From contig JBLDXI010000036.1 in the NCBI GenBank assembly GCA_047495785.1, positions 248,001 to 312,000 of the forward strand: DNA of 64,000 nt, given 5' to 3'. Shown here piece after piece: positions 49,142 to 61,900 of the stretch. Made by a program: the position numbers and the translations under genes. Within the stretch, counting starts at the first letter, position 1, and each line of letters begins with the position of its first letter. Origin of the DNA: Lepidodermella squamata. Lineage: Eukaryota > Animalia > Gastrotricha. The notes below the pieces were generated by a model that saw nothing but the letters and a program-made list of their open reading frames with translations, did not search any database and was not told where the DNA came from.

Positions 49142-51169
49142 ATGGCTTCTCATTATTTCGCAGTTCTGCTAATAACGATTCTTCACTTCGATTCTACGCA
49201 TTGCAAGCAGTTGAACTGGGTTCGATGCTTCTCGCAATTCAGCAATCGATTTACCAACTGCGTCCCAGTCGCCACTGGTTGTGATCCTCTTCGTGAATTT
49301 CCAGTAATATCCAGCTTAATTTTAACCTCTAACCCGAAAATTTGAATTATTTTTACCAATAGTGGGGTGCGACATGGCGCTTATCCGACTATTGCAATCG
49401 CGGGGTAAGATGATCTTCGATCTCTAAAAAAAAATCAAATAATTATTGTTCCAAATCACAGAATGGCAGGATGTGCTACAAATACGAATCTCTAACCCCA
49501 TTTTGCGTACCTGGAAACGTCGGCTGTAACAACCAGGGTGAAATGAACGTGAGATTCGATTTGTTTCAGTTCAAAAGACGTTACAGATTTTCCCTCTCTG
49601 TTTTGCCAGCTGTTTTGGTATGACAGTACCAAGCCAGCGTTGAATTTGAGATTCAACCTCAACGAGTGCGAGAAGGTCAAAGCAAAATTCGAGGTATGGC
49701 AGTCGCTTAAATTTGGAACCTTCATTCAGGTTTTGCTTTTCAGACCCTGCGTTTCAGGCGTTGTACTTTCAACGGCGGGATTACAACTTGCGTCCCCGAC
49801 CCTTACACATGCCCAGAAAATTTGGTAAGATAATACCCTAGCAAGAAAAATGAGGTTTTCGTAATGTTAATTTAATTTCACAGGTCACCGAACCGCCTGT
49901 CTATTCGAATCTCACGTTGTGCACAGCTGAAGAGGGTGAGGTCGAAATTTATTAAAAATGGGACGGCTAGGGATAAATTACTGAAAAATTTCCCAAGACT
50001 CTGGAAAATTCAATTTTTTACATTTTTACATTTCCCGATTTTACCGAAACGTTAACAAATTTTACTGATTTTTTTTTTCATTTTTCAGTAACTGTCCCAA
50101 TCAGCGAGACGCCTCACATTCGTTGCTTCGATTTAACTACTGCCAAATTCACTGATTGCCAACCTGTCAGCTCTGGATGCGATGCTGAGACTGAAACGCA
50201 AAAATATTCGACCAATGTTTACATCAATCTTGAAAAGTGCCTCATCGGGGTGAGCGATGTTCTATGGGAAAGACTTACCTTTGCAACAATCAATCTCTGC
50301 CAATTTAGAACGCCGTTCAATGCTTGGATTCATCTCAAGCAAAGTCTTGCCATGCCATTTGCCCATCAGATCAAACACAGGTAAAACCAACTAAGCGTAG
50401 AGCCGATTCTACTTTAATTTGTCTTGTTTCAATTCCAGCAAGCGATTTACTCGGACAACGAGAGTTTTCAGGACAACCATGGAGCTTGTATGACTGCTAT
50501 AACCCCAGTTGTGAGTTTCCGATATTGATTTGATTCGAAGTTTAGAAATGATTATAATTAAATCGAAAATTTTGAAGAATTTTGAAGTTTTCGGTAGCCA
50601 ATTTCAATTGTGGAACTTTTAGTTCTTCAATGATATTTATTTTTCCTTTCTCATTCCAGGTACCTACCGTTCGATGCGTTAGTACTAGCGACGGCACGGT
50701 GACATGTCGATCGAGCTCTGATGGCTGTCAAACTGGCAGCGAGATACGCTTCCCAGCCAACGTTACATTTAATAGCGAAGAAACCTGCGCGAATGCTCGG
50801 AAGAAATATTTCGCGGTATTCAAGCCAACGTTCGGCGTAAAGATCCTACGTTCCGAAGCGGACAGTATGTGCCAGCAGCGGGATGCCAAATTAGCGAAGT
50901 TTGAAGATGCAATGGAACTAGCGAAGGTCGGTTACGGAAGCATCATAAAGAATATCGATACAGCCTGGATTGGCCTGGCCCCGGATTCCGGTGTGCTGAA
51001 GTGGTGGGACGGATCTGTGTTTCAGCCAGGCCTGTACACCACAGGATCTAACTTGAACAGCGATTCGTGTGCTCAAGTTCTCTACCTGGGCTTAGCTGGT
51101 TTTGGGTTTCAGCCGGTTGCATGTGACGCTTCGCTTACTTCTGGCATCTGCGAAACGTACATTCCGTAA
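49142..51169 (+). CDS. Cys-repeat stalk + single CTLD protein, subfamily B (gene 8; spliced)
   Basis: MASHYFAVLLITILHFDSTHC signal, WVRCFSQFSNRFTNC stalk homologous to gene 3; terminal exon 50660-51169 with AWIGL, WWDGS, GICETYIP*. Confidence 0.85.
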
Positions 51170-51660
51170 ACCGGAAAATAACATTTGCGTGAGATGGAGA
51201 GCAGGCTATGTGATTGAATTCACGTTTTTTGGAATTAAAGCTGTCGAAATTGCACCGATTAATAAAGGGGTTCCTTTTCGATCCTTTTTGATCCTTATTG
51301 TCGGTTTTTCTTCTATTTACACGCTTGCATTTGCTTAAAAAAAATTGTCAGTTGTTAATGAGTTCAGCATCTATTTACCAAGGATTTTTTAGCTATGCCA
51401 TACGGTAGCCGGCGAGTGCTAGCAATTTCATGCGAAACCAACCGGATAGATATGCGGTAGAAACATGGAGGGAAAATACCCGTTTTTTTGTGTATATTTT
51501 CCGAGATATTCGCCCAATCGGCTGTAAAACACGCATTTTTAGCTAAAGATCAACAAATTAACGAATGACCGCTGAGTAAATAATATTTTTTCGAGAACTG
51601 GATTTTTGCGCACATATCGTCAAGAAAAAACAACAGCACACTACTAATATTTTTGACAAT

Positions 51661-53296
51661 ATGGGTGAATATTTCAAATTCAGGTTAAATTCTAAACAAT
51701 CGCATATTTACTACTACCTGCTTACTGCTGTAGTGCTCGCCATTGTTTCTGTCTACACGTGGCATACTTCGAATAAAATCAATGTTGCCACATATTCGGA
51801 GAGCTTTTGGAGTTCGCAAGACTGGAGCAATATCTCAGCCGAAATGCTATTCAGCAAGGCTTCCGAGGGTTTTGATGATTCATCGACTGTTTCGGACTAT
51901 CTGCATGACCTTGAATTGCGGAACAAACAGGCTGACATTCTGGTCGAGGTGATTCAACACGACTTTATAGCGAAAATTCGACAATCCATGGACGGAAGCA
52001 CGCAATCAGTACCCTCAAAGGCAAGAACTATTGGGAAGAATGAACAGTTATAAAAAATTGAGCTAAATTTGAACATTTCGAAGAGTTTGAGCTAGAAATC
52101 GGAGCCAGATAGGGATTTCCTGGAAATATTTTGATTTTATTTTAAATATATTTCCCTTACAGATTTTTGAGTATCGATGCATCACTGGGCTGAATTGTGG
52201 CGGATTCGCCGATCGGCTACGAGGCGTCTTATCATCCTTATACTTTTCATTAGCCCTCAATCGACCTCTAATCATCAACTGGTCGAAGCAAAACCGGCTC
52301 TCCGAATATTTTCCAGTCGATTTATACGAGAAATTTGAAAAAATCGACGAAAATTCTACTACGGAATTTTTCAGATATTTCGACACTAAAGGCGAGGTGC
52401 AAATTTACACCGATATGAGGGATGCTACATTTAAGGAAAATATCGAAAACATGACTCATGCGACTTTTAATACTAATTCAATGGTTCCAATTTTGATGAT
52501 GTTGGAAAATCCTGAATTTCACAGTTTTCTTCGGAGAATTATCTTACCTATTCTCGATCGAACTTCAGCTTCCAAAGTCGACGGATCCATCTTAATCACA
52601 GCAGCATTGAGGATTTTGTTACCTCACCCGCGTGATGAATTGACGGAACTAATTGGACGATGTGTTATGGTGGATTCGGAAAAATGGGATAATTCTTACA
52701 AAATCGGCGTTCAAATTCGATTGGGTGATGATGATGAATTCTTCATGGATCCTGAAGAAGTTTCTTGTTACGGCGATATGGTTGCCAGCCAAATTTTAGC
52801 AGCGATGGAGTCGAAATTTATAATTTTCCTAACATCAGACAAATTATTGACGGAAAATCGCGAACTAATAGAGAAATCGATTTTTCAAAAAATCGATAAT
52901 CGATCAATCGGAATCGATATTGTGTCAACGAGCGATCGATGCCCTGAACTCGAAGCCCACCATTCTCAATATGATACGCCGAAAAATGAGAGTCAAAACT
53001 GGCTGTTCTACGCGCGGACATTTCTCGATTTCTACGTTCTGACACGCATGGATGAACTCGTGATTTCGCGCAGTGGTTACAGCGAAATGGCGTCGTTTTA
53101 CAGCCTGCGACCTACTTTACGATACATTTGTAGAAAATGTAAATTCGCCATAAGAGGCTTGGGTGAAATCTTGCCTCTTCAGCATGGCTACGGCAAGGAT
53201 ATTCGGTTGGAGAATGTTGAGCAGGGTGCCACTTGTCACTTCCAGCATTTTAACCGAATCGGCACAACTTTCGCATTTGAAGTCTACGACGATTAA
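51661..53296 (+). CDS. Type II membrane fucosyltransferase-like glycosyltransferase (exons 51661-52020, 52163-53296)
   Basis: Signal-anchor YYYLLTAVVLAIVSVYTW, stem, then CGGFADRLRG, IGVQIRLGD (motif I), IFLTSD (motif II), DFYVLTRMDELVISRSGYS (motif III) of the alpha-2/alpha-6/O-fucosyltransferase GT-B clan; the spliced frame is open. Confidence 0.8.
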
Positions 53297-53573
53297 TACA
53301 TTCAAGTTGAATGAATCATACATTTGATGAAATAAAAATACCCACGCATTTTTCGGATACTTCTGCGGCTAAATTCTCTAAAATTCTGTACTATATATCA
53401 CCTCGCACAACTAAATAATTTTACGCAACATCAGCATATTTTATTATAATTAATCTCCAGAATCTAGCTAATTCGTGCAATGTGTCAACTGAACAGCGAT
53501 TGCATTCTCAAAATGGATCATAGAGCAGCAGCACAAGCTCGAGTAGTCAGCGTTTAATCAGAGCTTTTCCCAG

Positions 53574-56500
53574 TCACCCAGGAATATAAGTCTCGCATGT
53601 CGCATAGATATAAGAATAGAAGCACGAATCGGTGAAGAACTTGTACTGACCAGCGGCAGCGTCGCGATATAACCTAACACAATTCCATGCGCCGTGATAC
53701 GACCAATCATCCGCGTTGAATGTGTAGGCCGACCCGTCTTCCCACGTCAGATTTCCACTGTCAGACTGAATGAGGCCAACCCAGGAATTAGGCGTTCCCT
53801 TGTCTGCGTTAACCTTCCTGGCTTGCGTTAACTGGTCGCTAGTTTTCGGCATCGCAATGCGGCCATTGTCGTTTCTGCACTGGACCAAAGCCTGAGACTT
53901 CAGCATTGATAAGAAGCCCGTAGCCGGTGTTATAAAAAATGTTTTGATAGCGTTCTGGCAGCTCGGTAGGCTTGGGAATATGGTCAAAGGTGGGAAACGG
54001 CTTTCGGTGACCAAGCAGCCCCAGTGCTAGTCGATCGGCAGGTTGGCGAGCCATTGGCGTCCTCACATCGGTGGTAACTGAGGAACAAAATTATACAGTT
54101 TTTCAGTGCTCGAAGTACAGAGGGAAATGGGGGGTATATCGCATTCACAAGGCCAAGGTGGAAAGCCTAGAAAAAGCAACACATTTTATGACAAATTTGG
54201 GCCAGAAAATAAGTTCGAAAATCCCACTTCACGCAATGAGCTCTTATTTACTTTTTCGATCTTTGAGCTTCTATGGAATTTTTCTACACCGATTTTATTT
54301 GGACTCAATGATCCCCGCTTTGATTTTTTGGGTTTACTCTCCTTGACCTCTCGAGTTCTGAAATCGTTTCAAATCTGCGAGATTTCATTTTACTTTTGTT
54401 GAAAAGACAGAATAGTAAGCCGTTGCTCTTTCGTAACCTTGGAGGGTATATTGTTTAAAATGACTTACTTCTGATTACAAATGTCGAAGTTGTCGAACAG
54501 CTGACCATCAGCCCAGGAAATCTGTAATAATGAAAAATCTTTGGCTAGTGAACGTTTATGAAATAAATCAAGGCAACCGTGTTAGCTGGGCAGTTCTCTG
54601 ATTGAGGGTAGCACACCACGACTGATTTTGTTGCACTGTTGACGCATTTGATGTGTTTACCCTAATACGAGAAACGAACGGACGTAGAACCAAAAAGCCG
54701 TAGCTAAATGTTTTATCTGAATCAACGATTTGCACGCTTCGAAAGAATCAAAGAGAGAGTCTGGAGTTCCAACCCGATTGAGCTGATAAACAAATGGTTA
54801 AACAATACTCGTTTATATGAGATGGTATCATTCTTACATCGTATTTCCCAGCTCCTGTAGGACAAGTTTCACGACAGTTGCCACCGGTTATTGCATCATA
54901 GCACAGTCGAATAAACTATCTCGCTAATGATTTGGTACATGGAGAAATTAGAGAGCGTAGTCTTACCCCTGCCTCGCACTCCGCTTTGGTAGTGTAAACT
55001 TAGAGTTAGACCTAGAGTCTGCAAAGTACGAAAAATGTGTTGCTATACGTACCCCTGCCAAGCCAAAAGATCTTACATTACTCCCATCGCATTGTTGCGG
55101 GACTGGTTTGCAGCCAGGGAATGTCAGCCCTGTCGATTCGAAGCAGCGGCGATATGGATACATGTCCGGAGGTGCTGGGAATCGCATTATTGCAAGAAAA
55201 TTATCAGTCCAGGCAGAAATTGATCAAAATATACCCGATGTGCACTCTTTCAATGTATTGAATGTGGCACCCGCGATAGTGCCGTTCGGGCAGGTTGAAC
55301 CATTCGAAACGGGGATGCAACTTATGAAGGTGAACGAGGTTCGATCCACGCAGAGCTGGTGAGGTTTCTATCAAGATTTTAAGGAGTTTCGGGACATTTC
55401 ATGTCAATTATAATGTTTTACTACCAGTGTTAGGAGGCAATCGGCGTAATTGCTAGTAAAGTCTGGTTTTGAGCTGAAGGTTGAATCCTAAATTTTTCAT
55501 AATTGAAAAATCCAAAAATCCGAAATTCAATCGAACCGACCACTGTCATCGGAGCTGGGCAAGAGTTGCGGCATATCAAGCCATTCGGCGTGGAGCAAAG
55601 CCCTGCCGGCTGATAAAATCGAAGTTCAAAATGAAATAAATGAAGGTAAAATTACGCCGTTAATGCAGTGAGCTTTGTCGATGTAAGTGCCGAGGCTGTA
55701 GGACTGAAATTTAATTATTTATACAAAAATTGATATTCACATCTTCTAAGTATTACCAGTGTCATGCTGGTCGAATCGCAGGCTGTTGATCGGCAGCCAA
55801 GAAATGACCGGTCACTTTGAAGGAAGCATCGGTAATGCGGCAGAAAATCGCCATCGTTGCGTTTTACTGAAACGAATGTAAAATACAAATTAAAACTAAA
55901 CGATTTCGCTTCATCGCAGTTTCCAATTTTTTATGAGTGAAACTAGAAATTTTGGAAATTTTACAAACTAACGATTTTCCTGTGCCATGCATGAGATCGT
56001 CGTGGACCAAGAGCCCACTACAACCTGCAAGAGAAATACATAAGATTATCAAATTTGCTTAAAAAAAATAGCAAAATTCTTCTAAAATTGCTAAATTTCG
56101 CCCAAAAAGTGGTTTTAGGATTGTTAAAAAGATAAAACATGAAGGAAACATCCGAAAGTTGAAGGGATTTATCAATAATCAATAATGAATTATGGCTTGT
56201 GGGATTTTTTCGCTAAAAGACGTAGTACAAAGTACTTACACCGATATTCGGGCAAGAGCCATTGATTGGGATGCAGGTTCGATCGCCATTTTTGTCGCAA
56301 AGCCTCGCTTGAACATTCTGCTCGCATATAAATCATGAAGATGAAAGTTTCACAAACTTTTAGCTCACCAACAAATTTTTGATTGCAAACCTGCAAAGGT
56401 TATACTGCGTTTCAAAGCTATTGCCCAGGTATTCGGCAGTCTGATCAAATTGAATAAATAACTAACATTGTTAGCAGTGCTTAATAACTGACCATGACTT

Positions 56501-56877
56501 CCTCCGCCGAGGAACAGCCCAAATTGCGGGGGATACAGCGCATGTTGATGGTTTTGTAGTTGAAGCAGCTCCGAGCAGCCTGAATTAACACTGAATTCGC
56601 TTCGAATATAGATTCAAAATCCCAAAATCTCACCCCTTCCAAGCAACTCGGCTGAGACGGCAAAGCCAGACCGAGCTGATTAAAAATTAGTGCTTGTTGG
56701 TAGGAATAAAATGTGATGAGTTGAAAATTTCCTTGCCTGAACTTCGTCGAGGAAAGAACAGGACGCTTTACAGCCGTTGAAGGTATCATTGATCCGGGAG
56801 AAGCATCGCTTATAGCCGGCAGAGTAGACCGAACAAGCAAAGCCCAGTAGAAAACCAATGAGAGTAAATTTAGACAT
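53574..56877 (-). CDS. Subfamily A gene 9; 1-bp deletion at the start of the CTLD exon (pseudogene, truncated allele or assembly error)
   Basis: MSKFTLIGFLLGFACSVYSAGYKRCFSRIND start, full stalk; C4 run at 54019-54022 where paralog gene 10 has C5, shifting the frame before an otherwise intact CTLD. Confidence 0.75.
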
Positions 56878-57412
56878 GTTATTGTTTTTAGATATAACGA
56901 TACTCGATTCAAACAAAAAAATAAATGAATGACTGGTTTTGAGATTGCGAGCTGTTGCTGCTAAAAAAAATTGTTTGCGTCTAATCACACTGCTTCAGGT
57001 CGTACGACATTAAAAAATGACGCAAATAAATTAAGAACACGCTCTTATTTTTATACGAAATCGTCCGCTATTGAGTTCACGCCCCATTTTCCGACAGCCT
57101 ACCTCGTGGCGAGATAAAGGTGGCGTAGTATAGGAATTCACACATAAAGGCCTGACTTTGAACGGCTGTAGTTGTGGCGCAACAATTTTCATTCTCATTC
57201 TCCACAGCCAACTCTGATTAGTTAAATAATAATTTTATTGGAAAAATTCTTATTTAATCACAGAGTAAATAAGATTCACATAAGATTAGAACCGGGTGAT
57301 GGCCAGAAGAATTAGACAATAACTAGGCCGTTAAATACTTTGGACCTATCTAACAGTTTCTGATGACTTGAAGTTTACTATTTATCGATTTACGACATGA
57401 GCCGTGAAATGT

Positions 57413-57941
57413 TCAAACGGCAGCGAACGTCTCGCACGATGCCCAAAAATATTTATAGTCGCAAGGAACAGATTCATACGCGAACGTTTTGACCGAATTA
57501 ATGAAAGTGAACCTCATAACGAAACAAGAATCCTGATTCTTCGGGTAGCCATCACCCCATTCACTGGCGACGAAGGTGTAAAGAGTTCCATCATTCCACA
57601 TTGCGGGTCAGGCGTCAGGCCTATCCATGACACCCCTGTATAAGATATACTGCCGTTGTTGATCAGAACGACTTGCAAAAATTGGTCGCTGGTTTCCGGC
57701 ATTGCCAGTCGCCCTTTTCTCCCGATGCAACCCGCCACACCTGCAGACTTTGTGAGGCGTTCTGCGTTAGTGAAATTGCTTGTTTTAGGATACAGGAAAA
57801 AATGTTTCTCAACACGCTGCCAGTAAATGTCAGAGGCAAAAGTGACATCGGTTGGGAAGCGAGTTTCATTTGCCAGGCAGCTGCCGTCATTATTGAAGCG
57901 GCAAGTAACTGATCCATCCGACGCTTCACATCTGTAGAATA
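57413..57941 (-). pseudogene. Orphan CTLD terminal exon with frameshift
   Basis: FYRCEASDGSVTC...GRLAMPET...SWIGL then a frameshift near 57600 to WNDG...SCETFAAV*; no stalk exons between it and the gene 10 stop; acceptor AG missing at the homologous position. Confidence 0.8.
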
Positions 57942-58161
57942 AGGACACTATATTTTCGCCTTGCAATTTATCAAAAATTATGAAAAAACTCGGTTATTTC
58001 TTCGCGCAGCAAGGACATGGTAGGAATTTTGACAAGTTCATAATAAGGACTTGAAATAGGGATTTTTTTTTATATAATTTTAAAATAATTTCTGATTTTT
58101 TGTGAATTACCGTAAAGTATGCATATATAAATGAGGTAAAAAATAAAGAGCAGAAAATTGA

Positions 58162-58232
58162 CGCATTGGCGGGGATTCGAACCCTAGTCTCTAGAGTTAC
58201 AGGTAGGATTCTTACCACTTTACTATCAATGC
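58162..58232 (-). pseudogene. tRNA-like relic (tRNA-Gly-like pseudogene or SINE head)
   Basis: GCATTG...AGTGGTAAGAAT...GGGTTCGAATCCC.GCCAATGC with A/B boxes and acceptor stem, but the anticodon stem cannot pair. Confidence 0.6.
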
Positions 58233-58924
58233 TTAGATGAAAACTAATGCTCACATCGCCTAATCATCTCATTTCTCTGTTGGACTTGTACTTTTTTTAA
58301 CTGAACTATTTTCAGCGCCTAAAAACTGGCATTTGGGGCCGATGTGCCGCGGCTTTTTAGGAACGAAATGCTCAATTCCAATCTGAAGGCACCAGCAGAG
58401 TATTCTTTCTTCAGGAGGCGGTCAGCAGCGCATTTTTGCATCAATTTAGATGTGACAGGTGATAAGTAAATAAGTCACCCTTTGTTATGTCATCATTCAC
58501 GTTAAAAAAGCGTAAACAAAAACTGAGATTGTCAAATGTCAAAGTTGTACCTTGCTTGAAAACGTTGTAACTTTACCTGGTCAATGCTCAAAGCTCAATG
58601 CTGGTTTTTGGCTTGTAAATTAGCGCCAGGTGAAGGGGTTTCATTTGGTGTCATCAGATTTACCGGATTTAAAAACCCTGCTTTTTTAGAATTTCTTTTA
58701 AAAAAGAGCGTTGGGAGTTGTCGAAATTGTACCGCTTCCCGTTATGTACGTAAAACAAGATATAAGCCAGATCTAATTTATTTGCAGAAAATAATACCTC
58801 AACTTTGGTAAGTGTGGCAATGAAACAGCAATTTAAATATCATAACGCATCATGGAAGTTAGATAAATAGAACAGCAGATGCATATGCACGATCAGTCGG
58901 CGCTCGAGTAGCAGAGCGTTTTTT

Positions 58925-61900
58925 CTATCCGGGCAGATACGTTTCGCAAGTAGCATAGTATTGAAGATAGCAATAGTCAGTTGCAAACACAAATTTACCG
59001 TAGAAATTGTCGTAGAGGAACACGATACAATCACTTAAGCCGCGCCAAGACCAATCATTTGCGTTGTATGTATAAACAGAACCGTCGTCCCATGTCAGAG
59101 TTCCATTCAACTGAACCATGCCAATCCAAGATTTATAAGTCGTTTTCGCCTTGGTAACGTTGCTGGCTTTCGATAACTCACCGCTAGTTTTCGGCATTGC
59201 AATGCGGCTATTTTCGTTTGCGCAATAGGCCACAGCTTGAGTTTTATTCAATGAGCCCCAACTGTTAAGCTGTGTGACGAAAAATGTTTTAACAACGACT
59301 TGGCAACTCGGTTCGCTTGGGAATAAAGTGGCAGGTGGGAAACGGCTTTCGGTAACCAAACAACCCCCGGCGCTAGTCGATCGGCAAGTAGGCGAACCAT
59401 TTGCAGCTTCACAGCGGTGGTAGCTGAGAAGCAAAACATTTTACAAAAATCAAGAGAGAATGAGCTTCACGTATTTAATAATTACTAACCCCCTCGTGCA
59501 ATGCACTGCCTCGCTAATAAACCTCGGAAATTGACCTAAACAGCCCCACCTTCATTGCCCTTCCTTGAATAGTAGTAACCTGGGCAAATAGGCTGCCTAG
59601 ATTAGAGGAACCGGAACCTAATTCCGGAATTTTCTAGTTGCCTGAAATCGCTTTTAGGATAGGGGGAAATGCTTTCTGCCATCAATTTTGGGACTTTCAC
59701 CATCAAATTTGGGCTTTTACCAACGAAACCAATGTTGCAATCAATTTAGGTACTTTCGCCAACAAAATGGCTTTTCTCACCAACAAATCCGAAACTACCC
59801 GCTGATTTAGACCAAAGTTGTTCAAAACATAGCCAAGTGGCGTTCCATCGTTAGCGCAGAGGAATAAGAGCCTGCCCATGTCAGTTTTAAGGTAATTTAC
59901 TATAAGGTAAGAAGTAAATTAAATTAAGAAAACATTTCATTTTTAAAATTGACTTAACTACAACTTTTACTTCAAAACTGACATGAAAAATCCCAAATCC
60001 GACTTAACCGTCCGCGCCAACGATTTGGCACGCTATTTGGCAGTCTTTCGGACAACTTTGGGCTAAATCAGCGGGTATTTTCGGATTTGTTGGCGAGAAA
60101 AGCCATTTTGTTGGCGAAAGTACCTAAATTGATGGCAACATTGGTTTCGTTGGTAAAAGCCCAAATTTGATGGTGAAATTTGAATTTTCCGGTTTGATGG
60201 TAAAAGTCCCGAAATTGATGGTAGGAAAATTTACACCCTTTAGGATATCTCTTGGGTATCAAGATTGGCCACAATGAATATAAGAAACATCCCTATTAAA
60301 TTCAACGTGACAAACTCTATAAGACAGAGTGTTCGACTCAGCACTCATGCTTCGTCTAGATACAATTCCTACAATTATTTAAAATGGCTGTTGACATATT
60401 TCGACTTTGGTTCAGCTACAGCGAACTCGGTTCCTCTAAAACAGAGAGCGAAGGATAAGGAAAATCGACTTTTGGTCTTTGACTGGGTTCACCTTGCGAA
60501 CCTCTTGAACTGGTAGGGATGATCCCTACCATCCCTAGCGGTACTCAGACTATCGGTCTGTCATTTTTTCCTGGTCTTAGCAAGACCAGACCTTTTTGCC
60601 CTAGAGTAAGACCAAGACCCAGACAGAAATTGTAGCCAGGTCTTAAACCCAAGACCAAAGACCAAAGACCATAAGACCATTATAGTCCATTTATGGATTT
60701 ATTAGCTTGCGGGCAAACAAAAATGCGAGCCAGGGGCCAGCTTAGCACCACACATAGAGTTAGTTTTAGTTTTAGCTTTCTAGCTCTATGGCACCACATG
60801 AACACCGGCTTGGGTAAACAACGCTCTCGCCTCACTACTAACATGCATCTAGATTCTGTAGGCGCCCTCTCTAATCCCGCTGTTTGCAATCTTATTTGAA
60901 ATTATTTGAAATTATTATGTATTTAATTGAATTGAACTGAATTGAAATTATTTGAAATCTTATTTGAATTATAAATAATTCAAGATCTTCAGAGGAATCA
61001 CTCCTGAAAATTAAAATTAAAAAAGTAATCACTGGAGAAACTCGTAAACAGTGTTGACTTTTGTGTTCGGATTGTCATATTGGACGGCAGATATATAAAT
61101 TATTTTGGCATTTTTTTATGTTTGGCGATGACGATCAAATTACAGAAAATCAAGACCACAAGACCCAGACAGGCCGAAATTTCCTCTCTGGTCTTGAGCA
61201 GACCGAAGACCGAAATTTTAGCCGGCCTTGGTCTGGTCTTAGTCTTACTGCAAAGGCCAGGCCGATAGTCTGGCGGTACTTCGCTCTCTAAAAGATTTTC
61301 GCTGCCCTAGCACGCATGCTAACCACATTAACTATCACCAGGAGGTCTGCTGGAAATTTGGCAATCGCGCAGCCACCCGATCTTATGAGATGAGATGGCC
61401 TTTAGTGTTTAGTGCTTCCCTTTTCTAATTCCGCGCTTCGTAGCCCTGTCTTTTGAATAAAAGCCAACATGTTGGAAGTTTGAGGCTATAACTTTGCATA
61501 AACCAGTACCGTAGAGCGGTACAATTTTGAACAAGTACAAAGTTGAACATTTTTTCAAAAGTACAATTTTGAACGAACGTTTGCATTGAAAATTTCGTTA
61601 ATGTTCAAAATTGTACTTCACACTCACGAAAGTACAATTTTGAACACTTTCATTTTTTTCAATGCAAACGTTCGTTCAAAATTGTACTTTTGAAAAAATG
61701 TTCAAAGTTGTACCCTGTTCAAAATTGTACCGCTCTACGGTATTTCAGCTCGCGACCAAACGACTGAATTTTAAGGCATAATTTCCCGATTTTACGAAAA
61801 TGTGTAATTTGACATATATTACAAATCGCATTATTGGTCACTATTGGAATGGCGGCAAGTGAAAATCGCTTACTTGACATTACAAGAGTCAAAGTTGTCG

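Noticed and set aside
58162-58232. Functional tRNA with GTA anticodon
   Set aside because: The anticodon stem cannot base-pair and the T-stem has mismatches; the body resembles tRNA-Gly, so it is treated as a relic.
61509-61740. Regularly spaced short repeats resembling a CRISPR array (also 60546-61272 and 22965-23384)
   Set aside because: The repeats are subterminal motifs arranged as palindromes with TSDs, with no unique spacers or cas genes; the context is eukaryotic.
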